Below are positions 1-12,930 of a DNA stretch of 64,000 nucleotides, piece by piece. The position numbers and the translations under genes are program-made. The first letter of the stretch is position 1. Each line of letters begins with the position of its first letter. Origin of the DNA: the human T2T-CHM13v2.0 reference genome, Homo sapiens. The DNA lies in NCBI RefSeq assembly GCF_009914755.1, contig NC_060942.1. One strand, 5' to 3'. The notes beneath the pieces were generated by a model that saw nothing but the letters and a program-made list of their open reading frames with translations, was not told where the DNA came from and did not search any database.

Positions 1-455
1 ACTCAACAACCTGTGAGAGTAGCCATAGAAGCTGCACTCTGCAAAGCCACAGAGGCAGAGCTGCCCAAAGTCTTGGAAGACCACCACTTGTACCAGTGTG
101 CCCTGGATGTGGGACATAGAATCAAAGAAAATGATTTTGGAGCTTTAAGATTTAATTACCTCCCTGCTACGTTTCAAATTTGCATGGGCCCTGTAGCACC
201 TTTCCTTTGGCCAGTTTCTTCTTTTTGGAATGACAATGTTTACCCAATTCCTATACCTCCATTGCATCTTGGAACTAAATAGCTGGTTTTTAATTTTGCA
301 GACTCATCAATGGAAGGGATTTGCCATGTCTCAGATGAGACTGGATTTTTGAGTTAATGCAGAAATGAGTTAAGACTTTGAGGGACTCTTGGAAAGGCAT
401 GATTATATTTTGTAATGTGCGAAGGACATGAGCTTCAGGAGGGGCCAGGGTGGAA
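1..455 (+). mobile_element. ERVL-MaLR internal region (MST-int/THE1-int-like), 3' end, cut by the window edge
   Basis: Typical MaLR-int text (gccacagaggcagagctgcccaa..., gagttaatgcagaaatgagttaagactttg) ending in the polypurine tract gaggggccagggtggaa immediately before an LTR. Confidence 0.85.
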
Positions 456-868
456 TGATATAGTTTGGATATTTGTCCCCAACAAAATCTTGTTTTGAAT
501 TGTAATCCCCGATGATGGAGGTAGGGCCTGGTGGGAGGTGTTTGGATCATGGAGGCGGATTCCTCATGGCTCGGTGCTGTCTTTATAATAATGAGTTCTT
601 GCAAGATCTCGTCATTTAAAAGTGTATAGCTCCTCCCTACCCCACTCTCTCTTTTTCTTGCTCGTGTTCTAGCCATGTGATATGCCTTCTCCCCCTTCAT
701 CTTTTGCTATGATTGCAAGCTCCTGAGGTCTCCCTAGAAGGGAAGTAGATGTTAGCATTGTGCCTCCTTGAAAAGCTTACAGAACTATGAGCCAATTAAA
801 CCTCTTTTCTTTGTAAAATTCCCAGTCTCAGGTGTTTCACTATAGCAATGCAAGAATGGACTAACACA
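456..868 (+). mobile_element. MST (MSTA/MSTB-like) 3' LTR
   Basis: Begins TGatatagtttggatatttgtcccc and ends cagtctcaggtgtttcactatagcaatgcaagaatggactaacaCA, with an attaaa poly(A) signal near 795. Confidence 0.85.
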
Positions 869-1004
869 AATACACACATAGTTGAATACTTTTTTCAACT
901 TCTGTACTTTTAACTTTCTAAGTCAACAGTAGCAATTTTGAAACCTCATTTATCTGTAAATATATTCAATAGTAATATTAACATCCACTGCATAATGTAT
1001 TATA

Positions 1005-1575
1005 AGTCAGATCACATCAAACTTCCACTCATGGTCCTTTAGTAGTTTCACAGTTCTGAGTAAAAGCCAATGTCCTCGGGAGGGCTGCAATCTCCTCCAC
1101 GAGCTGATCCTTATTCTCTCTGACTTCATCTTCACCACTCTTGTTTTTGCTTGTGCTGTTCCAATCCCTCTGGACTGTTCCTTCTCTTGGGCCTTGTACA
1201 TACTCCTTCCCCTGATTGCCATGTTCTTCCTGCCCCCAAATATCCACATGGAAGATTCTCACTCCTGTTGGTCTTTACTCAGAAGTCACCTTCTCAGAGA
1301 GGCATTTGCTGAACCCTCAAACACTTCAATGCACCATCCCAAACACTTCATATTTTTTCTTTTGACTTTATTTTTATATACTTAGCTATATCTAAAATGT
1401 AAAGTGTTTTATGTATATATTTTATTGATTATGTGTTAACTACAACCAGAATATTCATTCTGTGAGTCCATGCTTTTTTCTTCTGTTCTTTTCAGTGCTA
1501 GATTCTCTATAATCAAAACACTGCTTAAATTTGAAAAGTAAATTCAAGAATATATAAATAAATAAATATATGAAT
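1005..1575 (+). mobile_element. L2 LINE 3' fragment (degraded)
   Basis: L2-like motifs (ctcagaagtcaccttctcagagaggcatttgctga) and a terminal taaataaatatatgaata tail; boundaries approximate. Confidence 0.6.
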
Positions 1576-1825
1576 ACATTTTAGTCCCTTTAAAATTAAA
1601 TTTAAAATTACATGTCATCCCTGCAAGAGGGGCAATACAAAACAAATAAATTTCAAACTATATAAAATAGAATACAGAAAAACAGTCTGCCTTTAAATTC
1701 CTTAACTCTGGACTTTTATGCTTACTCTACTTAATTTTCATCAGTGTTAGTACAAACAATTCTATCCTACAAAATGCTATGTTAAGTGTCTTCCAGAAGG
1801 ACTTTAAAATTTTTAACATCCCTAT

Positions 1826-2190
1826 TGTCTTAGTCCATTCGGGCTGCTAAAAGAAAAACACCATAGACTGGATGGTTTTTAAACAGCAGAGATTTATTTC
1901 TCACAGTACTGGAGACTGGGAAGTCCAAGATCAAGGTGCCAGGAGATTCGTATCTAGTGAGGGCATGCTTCCTGGTATACGGATGGCCTTCTTTTCTCTC
2001 TGTGTCCTCCCACGGTGGACTGAATAAGGAATCTCTCTGGGGTTTCTTAAAAGGGCAGTAATATCATTCATTAGGGCTCCACCCTTATGACCTAATTGCC
2101 TCCCACAAGATCCTGTCTCTCAATACCATCGATTTGGGGGTCAGAATTCAACATATAAATTTTGGGGTAGAGGAAGATTCAGACCATACA
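1826..2190 (-). mobile_element. MLT1A/MLT1A0 solo LTR
   Basis: tgtcttagtccattcgggctgcta...gggaagtccaagatcaaggtgcc...ttcagaccataca; possible 5-bp TSD cctat/catat. Confidence 0.85.
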
Positions 2191-2380
2191 CATATAATCA
2201 TTTTCACTTTGTGAAAGTTCACACCCCCTTCTCTTCTCTATTTCAAAACCTACCTCTTTTTATAATATGTAGGTCCAACCCAAATTCCTTCTTTTCTTTA
2301 CAATTTTAGTATATGTGCTACTAAAGCAAGCACCAATTTTTTTTTCTTTTCTAAGAACATTTTTTTCTGTCCTCCAGCTT

Positions 2381-2520
2381 CTGGACCAGTTTGTGGGTAA
2401 CTCTCACTTTGTAATCTTACTTTATTCATCTGAGATGAGACATTTGTTTCTGGACCACTTAGTGCATAAAGTACTCACTTTGTAATCCTGTTTTATTCAT
2501 CTAAAATGAGACATTTCTTG
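2381..2520. repeat. Diverged 2-copy tandem duplication (~70 bp period)
   Basis: ctggacca...ctcactttgtaatc...tttattcatct..atgagacattt occurs at 2381-2449 and again at 2450-2520. Confidence 0.85.
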
Positions 2521-3174
2521 GAGCATTGTCTTGTTCTGAAGTAACATTTTGTTCATATTTTAAATCACCATTATTTATCCCTTGATGTAGTTGTGAGTCT
2601 ATTGAAGTCTCATTGATGCTTTACAGTTGTTTGAAACCTTCTTCATGCCTAACATAGTGTCTAACACATGGTAAATGCTTAGGAGGTATCTGTTGGTGGA
2701 TTTATTCCCACTGTAGTTGTAGCAATGCAGTGCCTTTGGCTTAAAATAATATTTAAATACAATAGGATGAGTGAATTGTTGGAAAGTCTGATTGTAGCAA
2801 TCAGAACCTATAGCCTCTGCCAAGGAACATGTCACTGAAAAATAAATATCCAGTTTGCCCTCAATCCCATTAGTGTTTATAAAGGACAGAGTGGATTCTT
2901 CTTACAGCAACAAAAACTGCGAAATGAGAAGCTTTACTATTAAGTCTAAAAGGCAAACTTTTACTCTTTCCCAATTTTCTTAGGGAAACTAAACCTAATT
3001 CTAATGCTTTGTGAATAGAAAGAGCAGACAAAATTATTGGGTAGAGTACTATTTTTCTTATGTATCAGACTTTAAAAAAGGATACTCTATCCCAGAGTCA
3101 GGAAGGAATGGAATCCTTCAGAAAAGCAAATGAAACAAGCTCACAAATAATACTATACACAGCTGGGTACTCAC

Positions 3175-3254
3175 TCTCCTGAGCTGTTTGTCTTAATTTT
3201 ATATCTTGCTTGTCATTTTGAAAGGCATTTTTCCTCTTAAAATCTTATCTGTTT
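3175..3254 (-). other. Candidate non-coding (5'UTR-like) exon, 80 nt
   Basis: Minus strand has acceptor cttactatcttcAG at 3255 and donor AGA|GTGAGT at 3174; all three frames contain stops; the pyrimidine tract is weak. Confidence 0.3.
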
Positions 3255-3346
3255 CTGAAGATAGTAAGCTATATCCTAATATGACAACAATTGCTGTAAA
3301 TTTTTGTTATTTATTGAAATCATACTATTGTGTCTATTGTTCCTAC

Positions 3347-3550
3347 CTCATTTTCAAGAATAAATTGCTTGAAATGTGGGGTTGGTACATGAATATTCCA
3401 CTGCAAATTAAATGGTTGTCAAAAACGTTTTTGGGAAATTGCAATGAAGAATAAACCAAAACACTGCATGATTTATCATTGAACCTGCTCAACTCTCTAG
3501 CAGTACGCCGAAAGTCAGAAAGGAGGAGCCCTTTCCCAAGCAACCTTCTC
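3347..3550 (-). other. Candidate first exon ending in aaaATGAG|GTAGGA
   Basis: Unique non-repeat sequence with a donor at 3346, a (CA)n tract and TF-like motifs upstream; the 5' end is unknown. Confidence 0.3.

Positions 3551-3553
<3 letters not shown>

Positions 3554-3591
<38 letters not shown>
3554..3591. repeat. (GT)19 microsatellite
   Basis: Perfect GT run read directly. Confidence 0.97.
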
Positions 3592-3593
<2 letters not shown>

Positions 3594-4093
3594 AATCTAC
3601 ACTGCAGGCCAGTTTGGGGAAAAAGTGTTAGGGTTGAAGTTAACGAATGTTTAAAAAGAGAGTCATTTAATCTGAAGGAGAAAAAAAAATGTCATGGTTG
3701 TGAATGTGCTCTCAAGCTTAAGAAAAAAGAATTGCCATTGACCTTGTTAGTTTAATTAAGTGATTCCCAATTAAGATACTAACAGAATGTTGGCAGTTAA
3801 TGACATGCACACTAATATTGGCTCAAAGTATATGCTATATTTCCTGATGATGATGATGACATTGATGATGATGATACTTTATTAGTATCTACTATTAAGC
3901 AATGAATCAAAGGACAGAACATTCTATAATGTATATATTTGATATTACACACAGAAGAGAAAGCAGCATCAGCTTATAGCACATATCCTTTGCAGGAGGC
4001 CATATGTCCACTTAAGAAAGAAAGTGATAAATGGAGCAGTAGAAAGATAGAATATGAAAGTAACCTATCTTTTATTAAAAAGCAATAGCAGGG

Positions 4094-4389
4094 GGCCAGG
4101 CACGATGGCTCATGCCTGTAATCTTAGGATTTGAGGAGGGCAAGACTGGAGCATTGCTTGAAGCCAGGAGTTCAATACCGGCCTGAGCAACATAGTGAAA
4201 CCCCGTCTTTACAAAAATAAAATAAAATAAAAATTAGCCTGATGTAGTGGTGCACACCTGTGGTCCCAGCTACTCAGGAGGCTGAAGCAAGAGGATCACT
4301 TGAGTCCAAGAGATCATGGCTGCAGTGCACCATGATTCCACCATTGCACTCCAGCCTAGGCAACAGAGACTTTATTTCTTTAAAAAAAA
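4094..4389 (+). mobile_element. AluJ
   Basis: ggccaggcacgatggctcatgcctgtaatc..., J-type ggatcacttgagtccaag right arm, A tail. Confidence 0.9.
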
Positions 4390-5596
4390 GCTCAGCATTA
4401 ATGAAAATGCATTGAACCTTTATGAATTAAATATATTTATTTATTTATTTATTGCTTGGGTCAGTACATATTTATTGTGTGTCTATTTGATTAGCCTATG
4501 GGACAATAGAAATAAACTGTGCTTGCTATTGTTTCTTTTTGCTGTTGCTTCCAACCCAACTCAGACTTAGATGAACAGTTTCCTAGAACAGAGATATCCA
4601 AAGAGTAAGCCAGACGTATCCAAAGATGATCAGTGTCACAATAAATTCTAGAGAATTGTTGACAACCTCTTCTCTAAGGATACTGGTTTTACATTGGCCA
4701 TTGAGTAAGTTTCTCATTGTTTCCTGAAGGTAACTCATTTTCATGCATGTGTGCACTCAATACACTGTCTATGTAATGTGGTCCAGACACCCTAAGAGAA
4801 CCTGTGCCTAGAGATCTTCCTCAGAGGTGGGGTTTTTCAGTGCCCTGTTGCTGTATATGTTTGCTGCAAAGCATTGCACTTTCTTCTAGACATCTTTAAC
4901 TAGAACCTAGATATATTCCAGCAGGGTTATGAGATTTAGACCAAACTATTTGTTGTATCTGCATTCCCCCAGGTATCCTCAAATGGTCCTCTCTAAAACA
5001 GCTGGAATTTCTGGTGGAGAGTGAGGTGTTTTATTTTCACTAGCATAACTTTACCTTGCCTTTGATGATTACAAGTTTACCCCTTAATGAAGAAGGAAAA
5101 TTGCTTCATAAAACCCTAGAAATTCAGACGTGCACCTCTCAATAAGATATACCAAAGGATGAGGAGTAAGGGCAAGACCCAGAGATGAGAGCCCTACCTG
5201 AAAGCAGGGACAGGACGCCATGGGTGGTCAGAAGCAATACACAAACCCTGAGTCCCAGGGGCATAGAGAATTGGTAGAGAAGGAGAGATCATTGGTGCAG
5301 AGGAACTAGAGAGACAGATTAATAACCTAGCCATAGCCTGCCATAATCTGCCACTATTTTCGCTCACCCAAATTTCACCATTTGCCAACACCTGATCTAA
5401 ACAAGATCCAGATGCTTATATGGTATTAATCTGATATCTACTATAGTGATACTGACTGCCCTTAGTAACATTTGTTACCACAAGTATGCACATCCGCATA
5501 TTATGGTCTAATTATGTCATGTTATGCTTACACTAGTGTCTACTTCTCAGCCTTAAGCATCTTAAGGACAAAGACTGTTTCTTTTTCTTTATTACC

Positions 5597-5635
5597 AGGT
5601 TGGTGCAGAAGTAATTGCAGTTTTGCCATTACTTT
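5597..5635 (+). mobile_element. Half MADE1 (Hsmar1-derived MITE), one TIR only
   Basis: aggttggtgcagaagtaattgcagttttgccattacttt matches the MADE1 left arm; no reverse-complement arm follows. Confidence 0.8.
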
Positions 5636-6518
5636 CCATCTTGTACCTTGAGAGAAATACATTTATATTCTCACTCGAAATCTTATCTAAATGAATAAAT
5701 AAATAAATAAAGGAATTAATGAAGGCATGCACAAGCTTATTTTAATTCACCAAATTTGGAAATCTTTCTTGGCCTTGCTATTGAAAAATAAATATTCTTT
5801 CTAACAAATCTATGCAGGCAAGGTGATATATAGAGATATGTAGATATGTAGATAACAACCATGTAGAAGATATAAAAAGGTATTTCTCTCTTCCACAGAC
5901 ATGGTAGACATTGTTAAACATACATAATATGTTCTTTCTTAGAACCTAGCTATGGTATAGCCATTCTTCTCAACTTACCAATACATTTGCTTCTGATAGT
6001 TAATCCAATTTGAATAAACTATTTCCACTTTCACTTACAGAATTCTTCATAAAACATATAATGTAACAGGAGAAATCATTATATAACTGGAAAGTGATAT
6101 TTTATGCACATGAAGGAATTACAAGATAGGGAAAGGTGAACTTGCAATTATCTAGCCCTTCTATTGCGTAGTTATTCCTTTATTTTTAGTGCCACACATG
6201 GACAACTTCGTGGAAATCATGATCACCATATACAAATGGTTCAAGATGTGTCACTTCTACTTTCATAATATTTTTGGAACCTGTTACCGTCTTCACTCTC
6301 AATTTTCTTAATTCCGGCTCTAATAATGTCTCTTCTGAATTACTTAAATTATCTTCCATATTTTTGTCTCCAATCTCTTCCCTTAACTTATCTTCTATAC
6401 AGTTTCCAGGATGATATTTCTAAAATGTAAGCCTAATCAAATTACTCATTATTCATTCTTGCAAAATAATATTTAAATTATTTCCTTTAGAATACAAGTC
6501 CCTGAAGAAGGAGGCTGC

Positions 6519-6821
6519 TTTTTTTATTTTTTATTTTTAGACGGAGTCTTGCTCAGTTGCCAGGCTGTAGTGCGGTGGCACAATCTCGGCTCACTGCAAC
6601 CTCCATCCGCCTCCCAGTTTCAAGCAATTCTCCTGCCTCAGGCTCCCGAGTAGCTGGGACTACAGGCAAGCACCTCTGCGCCCAGTTAATTTTTGTACTT
6701 TTTAGTAGAGACAGGGTTTCACCATGTTGGCCAGGATGGTCTCGATCTCTTGACCTCGTCATCCGTCTGCCTCAGCCTCCCAAAGTGCTGGGATTAGAGG
6801 CGTGATCCACCATGCCCAGCC
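6519..6821 (-). mobile_element. AluSc
   Basis: Poly-T head; the minus strand reads gtcaagagatcgagaccatcctggccaacatgg (Sc diagnostic). Confidence 0.9.
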
Positions 6822-6984
6822 ACAGGCTCTTATTTTAAAAGTCTGTTATCAATTCTCTATTTACCTCCAATATAATTTTAAGGCAATATTTAACTACCAT
6901 CTTTTTCTTTGTTACCTTTGTGAGTGCCATTGATTCTATCTAAAATACCCTTTCTCTTTCTTCACTATATCCTCGGCTCATTTA

Positions 6985-7198
6985 TGTGTTTCGGACCCCC
7001 GAGTGATCTAAAGAGCTCTATTAGCAGATGGAATAGACAGGTGAGAAAAGGATTTATCAGTTGTACTCATACATGGCCTCACCAAATTGCACTTCAACCA
7101 ACCAACTAAACTTTTCATCTGTTTTACATATTGGGTTTCCTTGTAGGAGTTCATTCGAAAAAAGAGTTTTCTACACTTAAAAAAATTCAACACCACTG
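6985..7198. mobile_element. hAT-Charlie-type MER fragment
   Basis: ttcatctgttttacatattgggtttcc...aaattcaacaccactg, ending in a Charlie-like TIR; family not resolved. Confidence 0.5.
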
Positions 7199-7364
7199 AG
7201 CTTCTCTGCCATCTGTTAGATTTCTGATTATCTTGGATAGTCCACTTGCATAATGAAAATCTAGGGCATGTAAAATATTTTTGGAGATTTTTTTCCACTC
7301 ATTTATTGGTGAACTTGGAAAACTCAGGAAGAAGGATACATCAATAATTATAATGTCCTATATA

Positions 7365-7595
7365 AGCGTGTTTTCTAAACCATGATTGGGCAACATTTCT
7401 GTAATCATTTCCATTATGTTTGTACATTCGGTAAATGAACTCCGAACCTCTAGGGGTTCTATGGAAATTCAATGAGTCACATAAAGTGGGATAGAAATTT
7501 TTAATTTTAAAAGATTTCTCTGGGAAGGGGGTCCATGAGTTTATTACAGTCTCAAAATATTCAAGATAACAAAATGTTTAAGTATTGACCCTGTT
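7365..7595. mobile_element. hAT-Charlie-type MER fragment
   Basis: tttctctgggaagggggtccatgagtttattacagtctcaaa motif typical of Charlie-derived MERs. Confidence 0.45.
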
Positions 7596-8646
7596 CAGGG
7601 AAAAATAAAAGGCAAATGAGTAAGAGGAAATTTATCTGCCTTTAAAAATATAAATTCAATATGATAAAAGGCAAGAAAACTACCACAGTAAATTACCACA
7701 GAAAATTACCACATAAGGAACTTGAATGCCATTTAATTGTCCCCCAACAATTTACAATTTCTTTCATCCCATTCTATCCAGTCTTGTTTCATATAAAAGA
7801 AAGAATTAAAAACATGAACATATGGTCTATTCTTGCATAAGTTAGTTTAAGATATGGACAAAACTTACTTTGTTAAGCAGTACCTTGGAGGTCAGAGCAA
7901 AAAACTTTCTTGATCACTAGCAGGAGGAGATGAGAAAGTATCTGGACGTTTACACTGAGTAAGAGATTCATTGTCTGATATCCCCCAAAATGGATAGATT
8001 TCCTATAGATTGATTGCAGATACTTTACAAGTATCAGTAAATATGGAGTTATTTTTAACAAAGACACATAATTGTTAGTTTCATTTGAATGATATCAAAA
8101 ACAATTAATTTTTATTATGGAAAAGACATCTAAAGCTTTGATTCATCACCAATAGTCTGTTGTGGAAGAAACTACTCTCCATAAAGGGCTAACTCTGTGT
8201 GCAATACATTTCTGCCCCCTCTCCCAACTGACTACTATCTACAGCCCATAACTTATGAAACCATTAGTGAACCCCAATTTTCAAAGGGTCTATTATGTTT
8301 CCTTTCCAAGGAAATTGGGGTTTTGAAACCTTAAGAATCAATCAATCAACTAATGGTAAGCTCTAAAAATAAAAAGTCACGTTAAGTTTGTGTGTGACTA
8401 AGCTCCAGGGCAAACAAAATGCATGAGCAAGTCCCAGAAAGCCCAGGGACTATGAGGAAGTACATGAGAAAATGACCAGAAATGCAAAATACACTTCAAT
8501 GAGAGACTAAGGAAATACGTGTTGTTCCTACTTTCAATTTCTATATGCCTCGTGATACTTGATTGTTCACAGGATTACCTCCTGAAATCTTTAATTAAGC
8601 AACTTTGTACTTGAGTCTTTTTGAATATGTCCAGTTCCTTGCAACC

Positions 8647-9001
8647 TGTTATGGTCTGAATGTTTGTATGCCTCCAAGTTAATGTTGAAATCCTAACCTC
8701 TGAAGTGGTGGTGTTAGGAAAAGTGGGTTTTTTGAGAAGTTATGAAGGCAGAGCCCTCATGAATGGGATTAGTGCCCTTATAAAAGAGACCCCAGAGGGA
8801 CCCTTCCCTTTCCTCTTCCACATATGAATATGTAGCCAGAAAGCACCATCTATAAGGAATGGGTCCTCACTAGACACCTGATCTGTCCACTCATGGTTTA
8901 GAATTTCCCAGCCTGAAGGACTGTGAGAATAAATTTCTCTTGTTTATGAGTTACATTGTCTGTGATATTTTGGTATAGCATCCTGAGTGGGCTATGATAC
9001 A
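8647..9001 (+). mobile_element. MLT1A/MLT1A0 solo LTR
   Basis: TGttatggtctgaatgtttg...gagccctcatgaatgggattagtgcccttataaaagagacc...ctgtgagaataaatttc...gataCA. Confidence 0.85.
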
Positions 9002-9067
9002 GCTGAAGACATCAAGACAACTCATGCTTCTTTCCAGCCTTGAGCACTTAACTTGTATGTTGTGAAA

Positions 9068-9310
9068 AATATATATATAAAATATATGTGTATATTATAT
9101 ATAATATATGTGTGTGTATATATATATGTATGTATATATAATCTAGGGAATTGAGTTATAAGGAACTGTTGTAATAGCTTGGAAAGGAGAATATATATGT
9201 ACCTTTGATTTCAAATACAAATATACATATACAGATATACACATACATGCTGTATATATGTGTAAACACAAACACATGCATGCACACACATACAAGATAT
9301 ACAAATACAA
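9068..9310. repeat. (TA)n/(TATG)n/(CA)n low-complexity tracts
   Basis: Read directly. Confidence 0.8.
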
Positions 9311-10429
9311 ATTAGGTATTGGATGTGGTGGTCCTGAGAATGCTTCCTACCCCTATGGATCAAAAGAATCCTAAATAATGATACTGCAATCACTACTAAA
9401 ATTACTACTACTGTTGCTGCTACCCATAATACTCCTGCTAGTAAAACACAAAATCATCTTATCTCACAACATTCTGCAATATTTGAGTGCTTTCAAGTCC
9501 AGCTCCTCATCTGGGTCCCTTGAAAAGCCAGTGAGGTTAGTGTAGATGACATGTGTATATCCTTTAGACTGGTGAGGAGACTAAGACTAGTAAAATCAAA
9601 TATTCTGACTTCCTCTCACCTTTTCATCACATCACAGAAATATTTCCATCCAACTTTTCAGCTGAAGTTAACTCTAAATTGAAAAATACTAAAATCCTTT
9701 GAAAATTCATTCTTTGATGTGAAGAGACTCAGATGAGAAGATAAAGATGGAATAACCAAAATCCATCTCATTCTTAGAAGTTTCAAAACCCAGTCCCTAG
9801 TGCAATGAGGAAGGATGGTAAAGTATTTTAAAAATGCTATCTATTATCTATTTCAGCAGTGATTATCTACTACACACCAGCTGTATGTTCATTATTGTGC
9901 TAAGAACTGAAGGTAATACAAGGAATGATAAGCCTGCTTTTGAGGGATTTTCTATAAGTGAACAACAACTAAGAAGCATATTTAAGCTTAGGTTTTGGAG
10001 GACTGTGGATAGGAGAGAAATTGATATGGGCATAAAGAGCCAATAAAGGGTGTAACAAAGGTGCGAATGGAATATAACATAAAATACACTATGAGGTATA
10101 TTTAGACAGAAATGATTTTATTCTCTAAACGTTACTGATTATTGGCTGATTTTGAATACTTATGTCTTAGAAACATGAGTCTAATTATTGAATAGAATAT
10201 GACTGGGAAAGAAAGATTAGCAAATGCGCAATTAGTGAGAAGATAATTATCAAAAATAATTGAAGCAAATATTTTAAGCCTGTGTTGGAAAACAATGGTA
10301 GTGAATAAATAAATAGGGAAAAGCACTAAAATCATATAATTTTTTGGTTAATCACACCTAACAGTTTATGATATACTAGTTCAATAATTTTATAGACAGG
10401 AATGGTATCGAATATATCATAGAATGACA

Positions 10430-10575
10430 GAATTTTGACTTAAATTTTTTGAGACTATGTCACTCATTTCCCTAATTTTAGAAATGTAAAACTGAGGCCA
10501 CAAATTATAAAGTCATTTGCACAATATAGCAGAGTTTACCAGCTATTTTGGGACCAGAACCCAGCTATAGTGCCT
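10430..10575 (-). mobile_element. MIR fragment
   Basis: attttagaaatgtaaaactgaggccacaaattataaagtcatttgcaca core. Confidence 0.6.
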
Positions 10576-10986
10576 TCTCTTATGTTTACACTTCTTTTTA
10601 AAATTTATGTTGTTCTACATGCATCAGGTTTATTACAGTATATCAAAAGATAAGTTTGGAAGGCATTGTGTTATGCAAAACTCAAACAGCATTATTCTAT
10701 CTTTCTGTGATTCATCTGCTGAATGATTCCACCTATCCAATCATTATTATAATAGAGACTCTACTACCAGACAAATATTGTGTTGTAATACATTTCTTTC
10801 TTTTTCTAACATTTAGCTGATTAAGAAATCATTCTTTCTAGAAAGATGCTCAGTGACATTTGAATATATTAGTTTCCTTGACATTATAATTTGGAAACCA
10901 AATAATAGGATCATTAAAAAATGAGTTCAACACTTAAAAGCACCTGCTTTCAAATTTAAGATTATAGAGCTTTGGAATATAGGAGG

Positions 10987-11140
10987 AAATAAATAGTGCT
11001 GCATATATATATAAATAAATAGTGCTAAATAAATAAATAGTGCTGCATATATATGCTGCATTCTATATATACATATATGAAGCACTGTTTATTTACATAT
11101 ATATATGAAGCACTGTTTATTTACATATATATATAAATAT
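10987..11140. repeat. AT-rich minisatellite with direct and inverted units
   Basis: aaataaatagtgct(gcatatatat) x3, then atatatgaagcactgtttattta x2, which is the reverse complement with 2 mismatches. Confidence 0.9.
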
Positions 11141-11909
11141 CTTTCACTCCAAATCAATGGAAACTGAGGACTTCAGGGATATGGCTTAAGATACAGCATT
11201 ATGGAGGCTATTTGGAGGTTAACACAAGGGGAATTTCAGTGCTTAATGAGATGAGATTAAGAAAGCTAATGTGATATTTTTCATATTTCAATATATCGCA
11301 GAGTCATATGGACTATTACAACTGCTGCCTGAGGCAACCTGTGAGATATACATCTCATCAGGCTAAAACCATTCTATTGAGGTCACCATGTAAACAGTTA
11401 ATGATGCAGAAACTCTCTAGGGATTCATTGACTGAGCACATTTAGATGAGTTCTATAGAAGTGTACAATCAGCAGTGGGGGAATTATGTCAATGAAACTT
11501 TAAAGGAAGCTGTAGACATTCAAGATTCCCTATATTCAATGAGATGTTCATAATTAATTTCCTTTTTTCTTAGGACATGTAATAGTTTGACTATAACTTT
11601 TTATTATATGCATTAAAAGTAAACTGAAAGGTCACACAACATATTAACTTCCCAGTCTGGTTGAATGGAAGAGATTTGAGTTGCCAACTTCTTTTAGATC
11701 GGCTGGGCAGTTTCAGGGAATTGGTTCCTGTTTAATTCTACAATACACACATAATGAACAATCATTGGTGTTTTATTTCCAACTTAATTGCCGTGATTGT
11801 ACTTTCAATGAATGTGTATTGTGTGCCTGCACCATTAGGAGTACAGGTTACCTCTATAAATAAATTTGGAGATCATGTTATTTACACATTGTACTATGTT
11901 TATATTTAA

Positions 11910-12380
<471 letters not shown>

Positions 12381-12833
12381 GCACTATTTTTCTTGAGGAT
12401 TTCAACAACTAACCCAATTATTTTTTTTCTCACGCCATCTACTGCATGTTTCTCTTTCAAGTTAAGAGACATGTTGATGATTCATCTGGTGAACTGATAT
12501 AAATATTTCTCAACTACCAAAGATTAGATGATGTTCAGCTATAATCCATGAGCACAGCCATAATTGGTTCCCATCCCGACTGGAAACTTTCACTTTTGAA
12601 ATTTGAATTAGGAATACCCCCTTAAAATGACATCTTTTTCAACTTTCACCTTTTCTCTTTTGTATCTCATGTATGAAATCTGTAATTTACTCCTATTTGG
12701 CCTCTTTCAGTTGAATTTCTCCCTATTTTACCTAGTTGAACTGCCTCATACTGGCTTCATTTGCTCCCCACAAATACTAATTTTCCAAAAGCCACTAATC
12801 ACATCTCAAGTTAAATATGTTATAGAATCTCAA

Positions 12834-12930
12834 CTTTTGTCTTTGAGATGGAGTCTCAGTCTGTCGCCCAGGCTGGAGTGCAGTGGCGCAATCTCCATTC
12901 ACAGCGACTTCCGCCTCCTGGGTTCGGGCA
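12834..12930 (-). mobile_element. Alu 3' fragment (~95 bp)
   Basis: gagatggagtctcagtctgtcgcccaggctggagtgcagtggcgc...cctcctgggttc, then non-Alu sequence. Confidence 0.85.

Noticed and set aside
13-700. ORFs 13..282 (+) and 290..700 (-) as genes
   Set aside because: Both lie wholly within MST-int/LTR sequence
6553-6805. Alu-derived ORFs here and at 11928, 19629, 26342, 28455, 42859, 48225 and 58808
   Set aside because: Typical Alu translations (e.g. [22 protein letters not shown]); no independent coding evidence
7862-8005. Possible exon: minus-strand donor AAA|GTAAGT near 7868, or plus-strand EEMRKYLDVYT followed by GTAAGA
   Set aside because: The minus-strand candidate has stops in all frames and both candidates have weak acceptors; compatible with chance
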